Source: an uncultured Bacilli bacterium (GTDB taxonomy: Bacteria; Bacillota_I; Bacilli_A; RF39; UBA660). Taken from it: DNA of 64,000 bases. Below the pieces are notes generated by a model. It was not told the origin of the DNA and ran no database searches. It was given only the letters and a program-made list of their open reading frames with translations. Location of the stretch: contig CAKOKX010000002.1 in assembly GCA_934096035.1 (NCBI GenBank), positions 51,480 to 115,479 of the forward strand, written 5' to 3'. Both the position numbers and the translations under genes were made by a program. Below are positions 19,246 through 30,554 of this stretch, one piece after another (the stretch's first letter is position 1; the number at the start of each line of letters is the position of its first letter).

Positions 19246-19262
19246 TGAACTCTTTTCAATTT
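19230..19262 (+). terminator. intrinsic terminator after the LtaS-like gene
   Basis: AAAGAGTTCA-aaataa-TGAACTCTTT hairpin that includes the stop codon, followed by a T-rich tail. Confidence 0.7.
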
Positions 19263-19264
19263 TT

Positions 19265-20770
19265 CTATTTATCAATTGTATTTAAATCATCAATTGTAAC
19301 TTTACTTTCATGTGGTATTGGTTTCCATTCAACATGCATAAATAACGCAGCATAAGTTGCATATCTACCAATAATATCAAATGTAGGCCATGTAAATGTA
19401 TAAAGCATTTTCTTCCATATAGACATCTTTTTAATATTTTTATGTTCTACGATAAATAAATATATAGCCACCCACATATTTTCTATATACATACCTATTC
19501 TAAATAATATTCTTAACCAAATTGATAAGCCAATTCCTGCAAATAATGCATTAATTCCAGCATTCATACTAACCTTTATAGTAAAGAAATGTCTTAAGGC
19601 TTGCGCTAAATAAGTTCCTCCCCCAAATATATTTACATCTATTACTCCAACATTATAGCAGTAACATCCATACATTACTACTATAACAATTAGCCATCTA
19701 GCAATATTAAATACCGAAAATGGTGTAAGTTGCATTAATGTATCGTATGAAGCAAATCTATGTCTAATATTTTCAACTATATTTAATAAAAAGCCTTTAA
19801 ATGATTTAGTTTTTTCTTTTTTATTAACAGAATTTTCTCCCCATTTAGTTCTAACATACCATTTACCCAAAAATATATTAATAAATAAATATGGTCCAGA
19901 TTCTACAAAGGCTTGTAAATGACCTTTCGCCCATCTTGTTCTTTGTCTTAAAGCTACTTTCAAACTTATAGGTTGTTCATCATAAAACATAGCTTCATTT
20001 TGATAACTAATTTGATAACCTTGAGCAACAGCATCTGCAGTTAAAGCTCTATCTTCTGTTAAAGATGTATAATGCCATCCATTTTTAACAATTTCATTTG
20101 TAAATAAAAAGCCAGTACCTTGAATATTTGTTGCTAAATGTAAAACACTTCTTGCTCTATGATTATATCTAATAGATCTAATCCAATGAAGTGCATAAGT
20201 AGATGCAATCCAGTTTTCATCAAAATTCTTTGTATTTCGATATGATGTTATTATTTTTTCACCAGAATCAAATGCATCATTCATTTTGGTTACAAAATCT
20301 TTTTTTAGTAAGTTATCTGCATCAAAAACAAAGTAACCTTCAAAACTCATTCTACCATAGTCTTCTTCTATTCTATCAAATAAAAATTCTAATGCATAAC
20401 CCTTAGTTCTATGTGCGTCATCAAATCTCTCATAACATATTGCTCCATGTTCTCTTGCAACTTTTGCAGTATTATCAGTACAATTATCTGCAACAACAAA
20501 CACTGTTAACAAATCCTTGGGATAATCCTGTTTATTAATACTATCTAGTAAATTTCCTATAACCTTTTCTTCATTTCTAGCGGCTATTACAATCCCATAT
20601 TTATGTTTATTTTTTGCTGGTTTAAATTTTCTTGTAAAGAAAAAACCAATAATCCAATATAATGTTTTATAAGCAAGCATTGCACTTAAAACACTACTTA
20701 TAACATAATAAACATTTTTCCAATCAATATAAGAATTTCCAATAGCTTTAATAATATTACATACACTCAT
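19265..20770 (-). CDS. family 2 glycosyltransferase with a C-terminal multi-TM region (processive, NodC/IcaA-like)
   Basis: IVIAARNEEKVIGNLLDSINKQDYP, VVADNCTDNT, FDADN, QRTRWAKG (QxxRW). Confidence 0.85.
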   Translation of the reverse strand: MSVCNIIKAIGNSYIDWKNVYYVISSVLSAMLAYKTLYWIIGFFFTRKFKPAKNKHKYGIVIAARNEEKVIGNLLDSINKQDYPKDLLTVFVVADNCTDNTAKVAREHGAICYERFDDAHRTKGYALEFLFDRIEEDYGRMSFEGYFVFDADNLLKKDFVTKMNDAFDSGEKIITSYRNTKNFDENWIASTYALHWIRSIRYNHRARSVLHLATNIQGTGFLFTNEIVKNGWHYTSLTEDRALTADAVAQGYQISYQNEAMFYDEQPISLKVALRQRTRWAKGHLQAFVESGPYLFINIFLGKWYVRTKWGENSVNKKEKTKSFKGFLLNIVENIRHRFASYDTLMQLTPFSVFNIARWLIVIVVMYGCYCYNVGVIDVNIFGGGTYLAQALRHFFTIKVSMNAGINALFAGIGLSIWLRILFRIGMYIENMWVAIYLFIVEHKNIKKMSIWKKMLYTFTWPTFDIIGRYATYAALFMHVEWKPIPHESKVTIDDLNTIDK

Positions 20771-20816
20771 AAATACCTCATTAATTAATAAATAAATTAT
20801 ATCTTACTAATAATCT

Positions 20817-22031
20817 TTAGTCAATATATCTTATATCTATATCCACATCTCCATTTATTCCCTCAACTCTTCCATTACTACAAAGTTGCCAATAAGAATA
20901 ATCTCCAGTATAATTTGTATTCTTCGTATAATGAGCAAGCCAAACTGGATAATCAGCACTCATCCAAATATTTTCTAAATATGTTTTACTACTATAAAGC
21001 ATTGCATCATAACCAGCATCTTTTACAGTATCCATAAACTTTTTAGCCATATTAGTTAAACCAAAGAAACTAAGTTCATATTTATTAAAACTCCCCCAAT
21101 TTTCCCAGTCAAAAGCAATTGGTAAGTCAACATTATAATCCTTTATTTGTTCTATAATCCACTTGGCATCACTAACAGCTCTATCAACACTATTAGCATA
21201 AGAATAAAAATAAACTCCAACAGGAATACCAACACTATTAGCGTTTTTTATATTTTGAATAAATTTACTATCCACAAAATTTTCACCATCTATTCCATTT
21301 GATGAACCAACTCTAATAATAACAAACTCAACTCCAGCATTCTTTAACTTACTAAAATCTATATCTCCTTGCCATTTAGAAACATCAATTCCAATTTGGG
21401 TATTATTATTTTTATAATCCTTTATTACATCATTAAATTCAGTTACACTTTTAATACCACTACTTCCTCCCTTATTACTCGGCTCATTTACATTTAATGT
21501 AAATTTCTTTTCTGATACATTTTTACTACTATCAGTTGCTTTAAATACTAAATTATAAGACCCTACTTTATTTAAGTCATAATTTCCCTCTATAACACAA
21601 ATTGGATCATTATCATAGTTATCTCCACACATTATTTTTTCTAATAAATTATCTTCACTACCCTTTACAACATTATAACTTTTACCTAACCATATTAATG
21701 GTGCCTCTTTATCAACAATATTAATTTCATAACTATATTTTAGTTTTATTCCATCATCATTTATATATTGAAAATCAACTTTTTTCTTTCCTAAACTATC
21801 AGTATCAAGATAATAATCATCCACAATTTTACCATTAATATTTTCTATAAATGAAGAAACTCTCAAAGTATCAGCAAAATCTGCTTCTAAGTTATCTTTT
21901 AATTCAACTTTAATAACTGCATTTTTTACTTGTATATATTTATATAATAAAAAGCCTCCAATACTTAATAAAATAACGCCTAGAATTATACTTACTATCA
22001 ATATCGTCTTTTTGTTTTTCATGTATATCAC
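20817..22031 (-). CDS. membrane-anchored GH25 muramidase with an Ig-like domain
   Basis: N-terminal TM, an Ig-like segment (YNLVFKATDSSKNVSEKKFTLNV), and a GH25 domain (GIDVSKWQGDIDFSKLKNAGVEFVIIRVG...DIDI). Confidence 0.85.
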   Translation of the reverse strand: MIYMKNKKTILIVSIILGVILLSIGGFLLYKYIQVKNAVIKVELKDNLEADFADTLRVSSFIENINGKIVDDYYLDTDSLGKKKVDFQYINDDGIKLKYSYEINIVDKEAPLIWLGKSYNVVKGSEDNLLEKIMCGDNYDNDPICVIEGNYDLNKVGSYNLVFKATDSSKNVSEKKFTLNVNEPSNKGGSSGIKSVTEFNDVIKDYKNNNTQIGIDVSKWQGDIDFSKLKNAGVEFVIIRVGSSNGIDGENFVDSKFIQNIKNANSVGIPVGVYFYSYANSVDRAVSDAKWIIEQIKDYNVDLPIAFDWENWGSFNKYELSFFGLTNMAKKFMDTVKDAGYDAMLYSSKTYLENIWMSADYPVWLAHYTKNTNYTGDYSYWQLCSNGRVEGINGDVDIDIRYID

Positions 22032-22073
22032 CTAATAAAAGAATAACAACTATTTACTAATAAATCAAGTTAT

Positions 22074-22985
22074 TTACATATTGTTTACTATTTCATAAGT
22101 AAGTGGCATCACCTTTTCACTTCTCACAAAATTTGCTACAAGCTTATCTTGTTCTTTAGTTATTATTATACCTATCGTAGGATTATTACTTGATTCTTTA
22201 ACATAATTATCAATTAGATTCATATAGAATTCTACTTGACCTTTATCTTCTTTCCTTAACTTTCTACATTTTATTTCTACTACCACATAACAATTATATT
22301 TAATATTATAAAGTAACATATCTATAAAATAATTCTTATTTCCATCACTTACTTTATATTGATTTCCAACCCAAGTAAAACCATTTCCCAATTGCAAAAA
22401 TACATAACTTAATTGGGAATAAATCAGTTTTTCTAAGTCTATTTCATTTTTTACTTCCTTATCTTCCAATTTTAATAAAATTGGATTCATAAAATTATCA
22501 CTTATATCTGTTATTTTTGATGGAACTATTATATCTATTTTATCTGGTTTATATTCTAATCTTTCATATGAGTTTGATTTTATTTCTCGGTTTAATTCAC
22601 GAACTGACAAATTATTTTTTATACATAGATTAATATAATAATTTCTTTTATTTACATCCACTATGGGCAAAAGAACTCTTATAACGGACCAATTCAATTG
22701 TGGACACATTGTGTCAACAATTGGAAATGTAAGATAAAACTTTCTGAACCTAAATAAATTTTCATATGAATACCCTTTGCCATATTCTTTTGTTAACTTT
22801 TCAGCCCATTTCTTAATTAATTCATTTCCATACTTTGCCTTTTCTTTTCCTCCGTGTGCTTCCACGATTAATCTTCCAACATTCCAATAACACTCTACTA
22901 GTTCTCTATTAGCATTTGCTTCCCTTATAGATTTTCCTATTTCTACTCTTTTTATATATTCATTTGCTTCATCTAAATAATTCAT
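22074..22985 (-). CDS. YhcG/DUF1016-family PD-(D/E)xK nuclease-like protein
   Basis: 303 aa. N-terminal helical domain (RELVECYWNVGRLIVE) and a C-terminal nuclease-fold core FIDMLLYN...CYVVVEIKCRKL (D...ExK). Confidence 0.75.
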   Translation of the reverse strand: MNYLDEANEYIKRVEIGKSIREANANRELVECYWNVGRLIVEAHGGKEKAKYGNELIKKWAEKLTKEYGKGYSYENLFRFRKFYLTFPIVDTMCPQLNWSVIRVLLPIVDVNKRNYYINLCIKNNLSVRELNREIKSNSYERLEYKPDKIDIIVPSKITDISDNFMNPILLKLEDKEVKNEIDLEKLIYSQLSYVFLQLGNGFTWVGNQYKVSDGNKNYFIDMLLYNIKYNCYVVVEIKCRKLRKEDKGQVEFYMNLIDNYVKESSNNPTIGIIITKEQDKLVANFVRSEKVMPLTYEIVNNM

Positions 22986-22995
22986 TTTTCCTCCT

Positions 22996-23901
22996 TCATT
23001 TTACTAGTTCATATGAAAGTGGTACAAGTCTTTCACTTCTCACAAAATTTGCTACAAACTTATCTTGTTCTTTAGTTATTATAATTCCTATCGTGGGATT
23101 ATTACTTGGTTCTTTAACATAGTTATTAACTAAATTCATATAGAATTCTACTTGACCTTTATCTTCTTTCCTTAACTTTCTACATTTTATTTCTACAACT
23201 ACAAAACAATTATACTTGTAATTGTATAACAGCATATCTATAAAATAATTCTTATTTCCATCACTTACTTTATATTGATTTCCTATCCATGCAAAACCAT
23301 TTCCTAATTGCAAAAACACATAACTTAATTGTGAATAAATTAATTTTTCTAAGTCTTTTTCATTCTTTATTTCCTTATCTTTCAATTTTAATAAAATTGG
23401 ATTCATAAAGCTATCTGTTATACTTTGAACTTTTGATGGAACTATTATATCTATTTTATTTGGTTTATGCTCTAACCTTTCATATGAGTTGTTTTTTATT
23501 TCTCTTTCCAATTCTCTTTTAGACAGATTATTTGTTATACACAAATTAATATAATAATTTCTCTTATTTTTATCTTTAATGGGCAAAATTTTACATAAAT
23601 TTGTCCATGTCAATTGTTGGGCCAGCGGGCCAACAATTGGAAAATATAAGTATAATTGTCTAAATCTAGATAAGTTTGTATAGTCATATCCTTTGCCATA
23701 TTCTTTTGTTAACTTTTCAGCCCATTTCTTAATTAACTCATTTCCATACTTTGCCTTTTCTTTTCCTCCCTGTGCTTCCACGATTAATCTTCCAACATTC
23801 CAATAGCATTATACTAGTTCTCTATTAGTGTTTGCTTCCCTTATAGATTTTCCTATTTCAGCTTTTTTTACATAGTTAGCCGCAACATCAAAATAATTCA
23901 T
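22996..23901 (-). pseudogene. tandem YhcG/DUF1016 paralog with one in-frame TAA at codon 30
   Basis: Reading from ATG (23899-23901) gives MNYFDVAANYVKKAEIGKSIREANTNRELV*CYWNVGRLIVEAQGGK... The stop is at 23809-23811. The paralog has GAG (Glu) at the same position. The rest (track ORF 22996..23781, GTG start) is intact. Confidence 0.8.
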
Positions 23902-24022
23902 TTACTATATCCTCCTAAAAAAGTATCACCTACAAACATTTTTATTTTTTAATACCTTTCACTTAATATATTTCCTTATTTTTTGTTTTTTTGCGTTTTT
24001 TCGACAATTTTTTTTAAAAATC

Positions 24023-24068
24023 AAAAAAAATGTAATAATCAATCGCAGTTTTGCAATTAATTATTACA
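24023..24068 (-). terminator. intrinsic terminator after the SDR gene
   Basis: On the minus strand: TGTAATAAT...ATTATTACA stem followed by T8. Confidence 0.65.
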
Positions 24069-24084
24069 CATTTATTAATCTTTT

Positions 24085-24843
24085 TTATTTAATACCTAAT
24101 TTTTTACCTTGAATATGATAACAATAAATAAGTTGAATTCTATAAGGAAGAACGCGTAACAAAAAAATACCTAATTTTATCCTAAATGTTGGAATAATAA
24201 TCATTTTTTTCTTAAACAATTTATTTATTGCATATTCTGCCACATATTTAGGACTAGCTTCTTTAATACTAAATTCACCATGCGCTACTTTATTAAAATT
24301 AGTATTAACTGGCCCAGGACATAAAGCCGATACCACAACATTGCTTCCACTTTGTCTTAACTCTTCATTAATAGCCATTGTAAGTTTAAGAACATAATTC
24401 TTTGTTGCATAATAAGTACTAAGTCTAGGACCTGCCATAAAACCGGCACTAGATGCCACATTTAATATATATCCTTTATCTATTTCCACAAAATCTTTCA
24501 AAAATAATTTAGTCAAAATATGATATGCTTTAATATTTAAATCAATCATTTCTAATTCTCTATCCAAATCTGTCTCTGTAAATAATCCGAACAAGCCAAA
24601 TCCAGCATTATTAATCAATATATCTATATTTTTATCTTTACACATTTCATATAATTTAAAAACTTTTTTTTCTTTTAGTAAGTCAAGTTCAATAACTTCG
24701 ACATTTACTTTAACGTTCTCTTTTATCTTTAACATTTCATCTTTATTTCTAGCAACAAGAATTAAATCAATTCCTTTATTTGCTAAAACATATGCCATAT
24801 TTTTTCCAATTCCACTTGAAGCTCCCGTTATTAATGCTTTCAT
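24085..24843 (-). CDS. short-chain dehydrogenase/reductase (SDR)
   Basis: ITGASSGIGK (TGxxxGxG), NNAG, YYATKNYV (YxxxK). Confidence 0.88.
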   Translation of the reverse strand: MKALITGASSGIGKNMAYVLANKGIDLILVARNKDEMLKIKENVKVNVEVIELDLLKEKKVFKLYEMCKDKNIDILINNAGFGLFGLFTETDLDRELEMIDLNIKAYHILTKLFLKDFVEIDKGYILNVASSAGFMAGPRLSTYYATKNYVLKLTMAINEELRQSGSNVVVSALCPGPVNTNFNKVAHGEFSIKEASPKYVAEYAINKLFKKKMIIIPTFRIKLGIFLLRVLPYRIQLIYCYHIQGKKLGIK

Positions 24844-24885
24844 AATTCCTCCTTATTTAGAAAAGAGTATTAGCAAACTAACACT

Positions 24886-26505
24886 CTATTTTTTATCTTC
24901 CATAACACTTAAAATACTTGGAAGTATTTGTTTTTTTCTTGAAACCATTTTAGGTAAAAATACTCCCTCATAAGTATCTTTAAGACCAAATGCATCCTCA
25001 ATTACTTCACTTGCCTTAGTATTATATATTACATAAGAACCATTCTTTATTATATCTGTTATGAAAATAACTACCACACTATAATTAGTATCAGCCATTT
25101 CATTTAAAACATTCACATATTCATCCATATTTTCTTTTATTTTTTCAAAATCTAATGTCATTACTTGACCAATACCCAAGTTTTTAGAACCAACTACATA
25201 ATTTTTAAAATCACTTTTTATTAAATCCCTAACACTCATACCTTCAATAGAAGATGCAGCTTTTATCATTTCTAAACCATATTTATCCATATCAACTTGA
25301 GCAATACTAGCAAGTTTTACAGCAGCAAATCTATCATCATCTGTAGTTGTTGGGCTAGTAAGTAACAAAGTATCAGAAAGAATTGCTGATAACATAAGGC
25401 CACCAATTTCTTTAGGAATATTAATTTTATTTTCAATAAACATATCATAAATCATCGTAGATGTACAACCAACAGGTCTACTTCTAAAATTAATTGGCAC
25501 ATTAGTACCTATTGCCCCTAAATTATGATGATCAATAATTTCCAAAATATTAGCTTCTTCAATACCATCAACAGATTGAGCTAAATTATTATGATCAACT
25601 AATATAACTTTTTGTTTTTCATAGTCATTTGGTCCAGTAAGTCTAATTAATCCTAAACATTCTCTTTTATTATTAATAACTGGATAATTAGTATGATTAA
25701 CTTTATGAGTCATTGTTTTAAAATCACTAAAATAATCATCATTATAAACTGTAACAGGGTTTTTATTAATATTAATATTTTTAATATAATTACTTAGTGT
25801 AATTCTTGTAGCTATTTGGAAACTATCAAGTTCAGATGCAATAATATTAACTCCATTTTCTTGGGCTTTTTTAATTATTTTCTTTTCCAAATTTATATTT
25901 AAAGGTAAAATTACTAACTTAACTTTACTTTTTATTGCATAATCAAGTACTTTATATCTATCTCCAACAATTAATATATCTTCATTACTTAACTCAAAAG
26001 ATTGTTCTAATGCCTTAAAACTCAAGCCAGCAATTAAAGTAATACCCTTAATTATATCATCACATTTAACAATCACTTTAGCATTTATTGTTTCAATAAT
26101 ATTATCTAGTGTAGTATATACTTGTTCTCTATTACCATTAATTAAGTATTTTGCCAACTCTTTTAATGTTACATAACCTGTTAAAACTTTTTTATCATCA
26201 ACCAATGGTATTGCTGTTATGTTATGTTTTTCCATCAACTTAAAAGCTTCATCAATACTTCGGCTTTCATCAATAAATGCTTTTTTATCATATTTTACAT
26301 TTTTAATTCTAACTCGCACATCATTTAAATAGCTTGGAACTGGCACATCAAAATAATTTAAAACAAATCTTGTTTCATTATTTATATTTCCTAAAACTTT
26401 AGGTACAGTTTTATCTCCAAGTTCATTTTTTAAATAAGACAATGCTATACTTGAACATACAGTATCAGTATCAGGACTTTTATGTCCAAAAATAAATGTC
26501 GTCAT
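24886..26505 (-). CDS. ppaC: family II (DHH) inorganic pyrophosphatase with a CBS-domain insert
   Basis: FGHKSPDTDTV, VDHHN, a CBS pair in the insert, and a DHHA2 C-terminus. I chose the ATG at 26505 (MTTFIFGHK), which lies after GAAGGTGA. Confidence 0.85.
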   Translation of the reverse strand: MTTFIFGHKSPDTDTVCSSIALSYLKNELGDKTVPKVLGNINNETRFVLNYFDVPVPSYLNDVRVRIKNVKYDKKAFIDESRSIDEAFKLMEKHNITAIPLVDDKKVLTGYVTLKELAKYLINGNREQVYTTLDNIIETINAKVIVKCDDIIKGITLIAGLSFKALEQSFELSNEDILIVGDRYKVLDYAIKSKVKLVILPLNINLEKKIIKKAQENGVNIIASELDSFQIATRITLSNYIKNININKNPVTVYNDDYFSDFKTMTHKVNHTNYPVINNKRECLGLIRLTGPNDYEKQKVILVDHNNLAQSVDGIEEANILEIIDHHNLGAIGTNVPINFRSRPVGCTSTMIYDMFIENKINIPKEIGGLMLSAILSDTLLLTSPTTTDDDRFAAVKLASIAQVDMDKYGLEMIKAASSIEGMSVRDLIKSDFKNYVVGSKNLGIGQVMTLDFEKIKENMDEYVNVLNEMADTNYSVVVIFITDIIKNGSYVIYNTKASEVIEDAFGLKDTYEGVFLPKMVSRKKQILPSILSVMEDKK

Positions 26506-26568
26506 TTTATCACCTTCATATTTATAGAAAGATTTTAACATATATTTATATATTTTACAAGATTATTA

Positions 26569-26597
26569 TTGACGAACAATCGTTTAATTAGTATAAT
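26569..26597 (+). promoter_or_regulatory. uvrB promoter with a Cheo-type LexA (SOS) box in the spacer
   Basis: TTGACG (26569-26574), 17 nt spacer, TATAAT (26592-26597). CGAACAATCGTTTA (26573-26586) matches the Firmicutes consensus CGAAC-N4-GTTYG apart from the last positions. Confidence 0.7.
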
Positions 26598-26674
26598 ATA
26601 CATGTTGTTGGAAAATATTAAATAATGAATTAAAATACATCATATAAATCCATTCAGTAAGGAGGGAAAAAAAC

Positions 26675-28615
26675 ATGTTTGAATTAGTTAGTAAATATAA
26701 GCCTAGCGGAGATCAACCACAAGCTATAAAAGAACTAGTGGATGGTATAAACGAAGGAAAAAAAGAACAAGTTTTATTGGGTGCAACCGGAACAGGGAAA
26801 ACTTTTACTATTGCCAATGTAATAAAAGAAACTAATAAACCTACTCTAGTTTTAGCACATAACAAAACTCTTGCAGGTCAGCTTTATGCAGAATTAAAAG
26901 AATTTTTTCCAAACAATCATGTTGAATATTTTGTCTCATACTATGATTACTATCAACCTGAAGCATATGTACCAAGTAGTGATACCTACATTGAAAAAGA
27001 TTCTAGCATAAATGATGAAATTGATGAACTTCGTCATGCTGCTACTAGTGCTTTAATTAATTATAAAGATGTCATTGTGGTTGCATCAGTTTCTTGTATT
27101 TATGGTATTGGAGAAAAAGAAGAATATGAAAAAAACATGTTAATTTTAACCATCGGAGATAAAACAAATAGAAATAAAATATTAAATAGATTAATAGATA
27201 TGACTTATGAAAGAAATGATTTAGATTTTCATCGTGGAACATTTCGCGTTCGTGGAAATAATATTGATATCATACCAGTTAACGAAAAAGTAAGTGGCAT
27301 AAGAATCATTTTAGAAGATGATATAGTTTCAGAAATATGTGTATTTGATCCACTAACTGGTGTTGTAACTCAAAATAAAAAATCTGTAACAATATCACCA
27401 GCATCACACTTTGTAACGAGTAAAGAAAAGTTAGAAGAAGCATGTAACAGAATCGAAAAAGAATTAAAAGAACGTTTACAAGAATTAAAAGATGAAAATA
27501 AACTAATCGAAGAACAACGACTTCGCGAAAGAACCAACTATGACCTTGAAATGCTTCGTGAAACAGGATTTTGTAATGGCGTTGAAAATTATTCAAGACA
27601 TTTAGCTCTAAGAGATGCCGGAGAAACACCTTCATGTTTAATTGATTTCTTTCCGAAAGATTTTTTACTTGTAGTGGATGAATCACATGTAACACTACCC
27701 CAAGTTCGAGGAATGTATAATGGAGACAGAATGCGTAAACAAACACTCGTAGATTATGGCTTTAGACTTCCTAGTGCCTTAGATAATAGACCACTTAGAT
27801 TTGAAGAATTTGAAGCAAAAATCAATCAAGCAATTTATGTATCAGCAACACCCGGAGATTATGAACTTGAAAAAACAAATAATAAATATGTTGAACAAAT
27901 TATTAGACCAACAGGATTACTTGATCCAATAATTGAAGTTCGTAAAACTGAAGGCCAAATCGATGACATAATCAGTGAAATAAATGAAAGAATAAAAAGA
28001 AATGAAAGAGTTTTAATTACAACTTTAACTATAAGAATGAGTGAAGAGCTAACAAATTATTTAAAAGAAATGAATATCAAAGTTGCTTATTTACATAGTG
28101 AAATTAAGACTTTAGAAAGATTAAAAATAATTCACGACTTACGAAGTGGCATCTATGATTGTATCGTAGGTATCAACCTTCTTCGTGAAGGACTAGATAT
28201 TCCTGAGGTAAGTTTAATATGTATATTAGATGCTGACAAACAAGGATTTTTAAGAAGTAACAGAAGTTTAATTCAAACTATCGGACGAGCAGCTAGAAAT
28301 GAAAATGGTAAAGTTATTATGTATGCCGATACTTATAGTGATGCCATGAACGAAGCCATTAAAGAAACCAAAAGAAGACGAGTAATTCAAGAAGAATATA
28401 ATAAAATTCATGGAATCACACCAAAAACCATTATTAAAGACATAAAAGAAGTTGTTACAAATGAAGTAACTAATAAAAAGAAGAAAGTTAGTAAGAAAGA
28501 AAAAGTTGAAATGCTTGAAACTCTTGAAAAAGAAATGCGTGAAGCAGCTGCAGCTATGGACTTTGAAAAAGCAATGGAACTTCGAGATATTTATTTTGAA
28601 TTAAAAGGTATTTAA
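26675..28615 (+). CDS. uvrB: excinuclease ABC subunit B
   Basis: 646 aa. Walker [17 protein letters not shown], helicase motifs, C-terminal UVR domain ([18 protein letters not shown]). Confidence 0.97.
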   Translation: MFELVSKYKPSGDQPQAIKELVDGINEGKKEQVLLGATGTGKTFTIANVIKETNKPTLVLAHNKTLAGQLYAELKEFFPNNHVEYFVSYYDYYQPEAYVPSSDTYIEKDSSINDEIDELRHAATSALINYKDVIVVASVSCIYGIGEKEEYEKNMLILTIGDKTNRNKILNRLIDMTYERNDLDFHRGTFRVRGNNIDIIPVNEKVSGIRIILEDDIVSEICVFDPLTGVVTQNKKSVTISPASHFVTSKEKLEEACNRIEKELKERLQELKDENKLIEEQRLRERTNYDLEMLRETGFCNGVENYSRHLALRDAGETPSCLIDFFPKDFLLVVDESHVTLPQVRGMYNGDRMRKQTLVDYGFRLPSALDNRPLRFEEFEAKINQAIYVSATPGDYELEKTNNKYVEQIIRPTGLLDPIIEVRKTEGQIDDIISEINERIKRNERVLITTLTIRMSEELTNYLKEMNIKVAYLHSEIKTLERLKIIHDLRSGIYDCIVGINLLREGLDIPEVSLICILDADKQGFLRSNRSLIQTIGRAARNENGKVIMYADTYSDAMNEAIKETKRRRVIQEEYNKIHGITPKTIIKDIKEVVTNEVTNKKKKVSKKEKVEMLETLEKEMREAAAAMDFEKAMELRDIYFELKGI

Positions 28616-28646
28616 AAAGTATTGCAAAATTTTGCAATACTTTTTT
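28616..28646. terminator. bidirectional terminator between uvrB and dgkA
   Basis: Perfect palindrome AAAAGTATTGCAAAATTTTGCAATACTTTT. Confidence 0.85.
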
Positions 28647-29007
28647 AAAACAATGCTAATATTTTAGGAATAAATATAATACACCCTACCACTGCTGCAA
28701 AAAAAGCATTAACTAAAACAGCACCTGCAGCTATATCTTTAGCATATTTAGCATGAATTCTAATCTCCGGAGATAATAAATTTACGACTTCTTCAATAGA
28801 TGTATTAAATAATTCTGCACCAATAACTAAAGCAAATAAAACTATACACACTACCCATTCCCAAACCGCAAGTTTAAGAATAAATCCTAGAATTACAACG
28901 AGTATCATAGCTAAGGTATGAACTTTTAAATTTCTTTCAGCTTTACAAGCTTTTTTTATGCCTTCAATTGCATATTTAAAACTACTTAATAGACTATCAC
29001 TTTTCAT
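28645..29007 (-). CDS. dgkA: DgkA-family lipid kinase (diacylglycerol/undecaprenol kinase)
   Basis: 120 aa, 3 TM. Motifs FKYAIEGI...ERNLKVH...ELFNTSIEEVV...AKDIAAGAVL. Confidence 0.88.
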   Translation of the reverse strand: MKSDSLLSSFKYAIEGIKKACKAERNLKVHTLAMILVVILGFILKLAVWEWVVCIVLFALVIGAELFNTSIEEVVNLLSPEIRIHAKYAKDIAAGAVLVNAFFAAVVGCIIFIPKILALF

Positions 29008-29608
29008 TTTTACCTACCTTTTTATTATAAATATTTATATAAATTATTAAATATGCAAGTCCAAGTAAGAAACCACCTGCTACATCAGTAAAATAATGAA
29101 CTCCTACATAAATTCTACTAAAACCAATAGATAATATTAATAATGATAATAAAGTAATTAATAACCATTTTAAATATTTATTAGAAACATTTTTATAAAC
29201 CAAATAAATTACTATTCCGTAAAATGCCATACTTACCATGGAATGTCCAGATGGAAAACTATATCCACTTTCTTCAACTAATCTTAAAACATTTGGCCTT
29301 GGCCTTCTAACAATATGTTTGATAGCTTGATTAATTACAGTTACTCCAACTAAATCAAATGTTACAAACCATCTATTTTTTTTACAAAACATAAAAATTA
29401 GCACACCAGCAAGTACTGTAAAAGCAACTCCACCTAACTCAGTAATTACTTTAAGTACCGGAGTTAATCCATCATTCATTATATTATCTGCAATAAAACT
29501 ATAAACTTTTGTATCAATTACTAAGTTATCATAGCTTAACACACTATAACAAATAATGCTAAATAATATCAAACATAAAACAACAACAAAAATACTAAAC
29601 TTCTTCAT
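28997..29608 (-). CDS. PAP2-family phosphatase (undecaprenyl-diphosphatase-like)
   Basis: KxxxxxxRP (KHIVRRPRP), PSGHS, SRIYVGVHYFTDV. Confidence 0.88.
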   Translation of the reverse strand: MKKFSIFVVVLCLILFSIICYSVLSYDNLVIDTKVYSFIADNIMNDGLTPVLKVITELGGVAFTVLAGVLIFMFCKKNRWFVTFDLVGVTVINQAIKHIVRRPRPNVLRLVEESGYSFPSGHSMVSMAFYGIVIYLVYKNVSNKYLKWLLITLLSLLILSIGFSRIYVGVHYFTDVAGGFLLGLAYLIIYINIYNKKVGKNEK

Positions 29609-29610
29609 AA

Positions 29611-30504
29611 CTACCCTTCGATATGTTTCTTTTCTAAAAACATTTTAATTCTATCTAATCCAATTATAACTAATCCACCGATTAAAAAATAAACAACGCT
29701 AAATGTATCAAAACTTAATGCATCTTTAGGCACTTCTAATGTTGTTGGGCCCATTACAATTGCATATAAAGAACCAATCATTAGCCCAATTATTAAATAA
29801 ACTGTGGCACTTCTATATTTGTCTAGTGCCATTTTTATTAACTTTATTATTAAAGCAATACCAAGTAAGACTCCAACTCCAAAAATAAATAATGCTGGAA
29901 AATAAGTAAAATTCATATGTAAAAATTCTTTTATTCCATTTATTATTGGAATATATAAACCAAATATCAAAAGAAGAGTTGACCCAGAAATACCTGGTAA
30001 TACCATCGCACATATTGCTACCATCCCTGATAACAAAATATACATAGCTAAACCAAAATTTAAATTAGCTATATTAACACTATCTCCGCCACTTATCGGA
30101 TTAAAATATGTTATTAATGAAACAATTAAAATACCTATTATAGTAAAAATAATATTTTTATATTTACACTTAATATTATCTTTTTCTTCTTTCATTATTA
30201 AAGGTATAGAAAATACAATAAATCCTAAAAATAAAGAACTAACACTATATATTTTTGATTCAAATAAACTAGTTAAAACTAAAGTAGCTAAACTCATACC
30301 AATAATCCAACCAGTACCTAATTTAAATAAAAACCATAAAGCACTTTTCTTCTTTTTAAAGTCACCATAAAAAACATCATTCAAAGCATTTATAAATTTA
30401 TCATAAAAACCAAGAATAAAAGCAATTGTACCACCACTAACCCCTGGTACACTATCAGCTAGCGCCATACAAAAGCCCCAGAATGCATTAATTAAATATT
30501 TCAT
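29611..30504 (-). CDS. DUF368-family membrane protein (candidate undecaprenyl-phosphate translocase)
   Basis: 297 aa, polytopic. Repeated hallmark ADSVPGVSGGT / LPGISGST. Confidence 0.85.
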   Translation of the reverse strand: MKYLINAFWGFCMALADSVPGVSGGTIAFILGFYDKFINALNDVFYGDFKKKKSALWFLFKLGTGWIIGMSLATLVLTSLFESKIYSVSSLFLGFIVFSIPLIMKEEKDNIKCKYKNIIFTIIGILIVSLITYFNPISGGDSVNIANLNFGLAMYILLSGMVAICAMVLPGISGSTLLLIFGLYIPIINGIKEFLHMNFTYFPALFIFGVGVLLGIALIIKLIKMALDKYRSATVYLIIGLMIGSLYAIVMGPTTLEVPKDALSFDTFSVVYFLIGGLVIIGLDRIKMFLEKKHIEG

Positions 30505-30554
30505 TTTACCACCTTTTAAATTATACCAAATAACATTATTATATACAAATTTTT

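Noticed and set aside
20817-23901. A GH25 lysozyme plus nuclease-like genes read as a prophage lysis/remnant region.
   Set aside because: There are no holin, capsid, tail, terminase or integrase genes nearby. The GH25 protein has its own N-terminal membrane anchor and sits beside envelope glycosyltransferase and LtaS genes, which fits a cell-wall housekeeping or remodelling enzyme.
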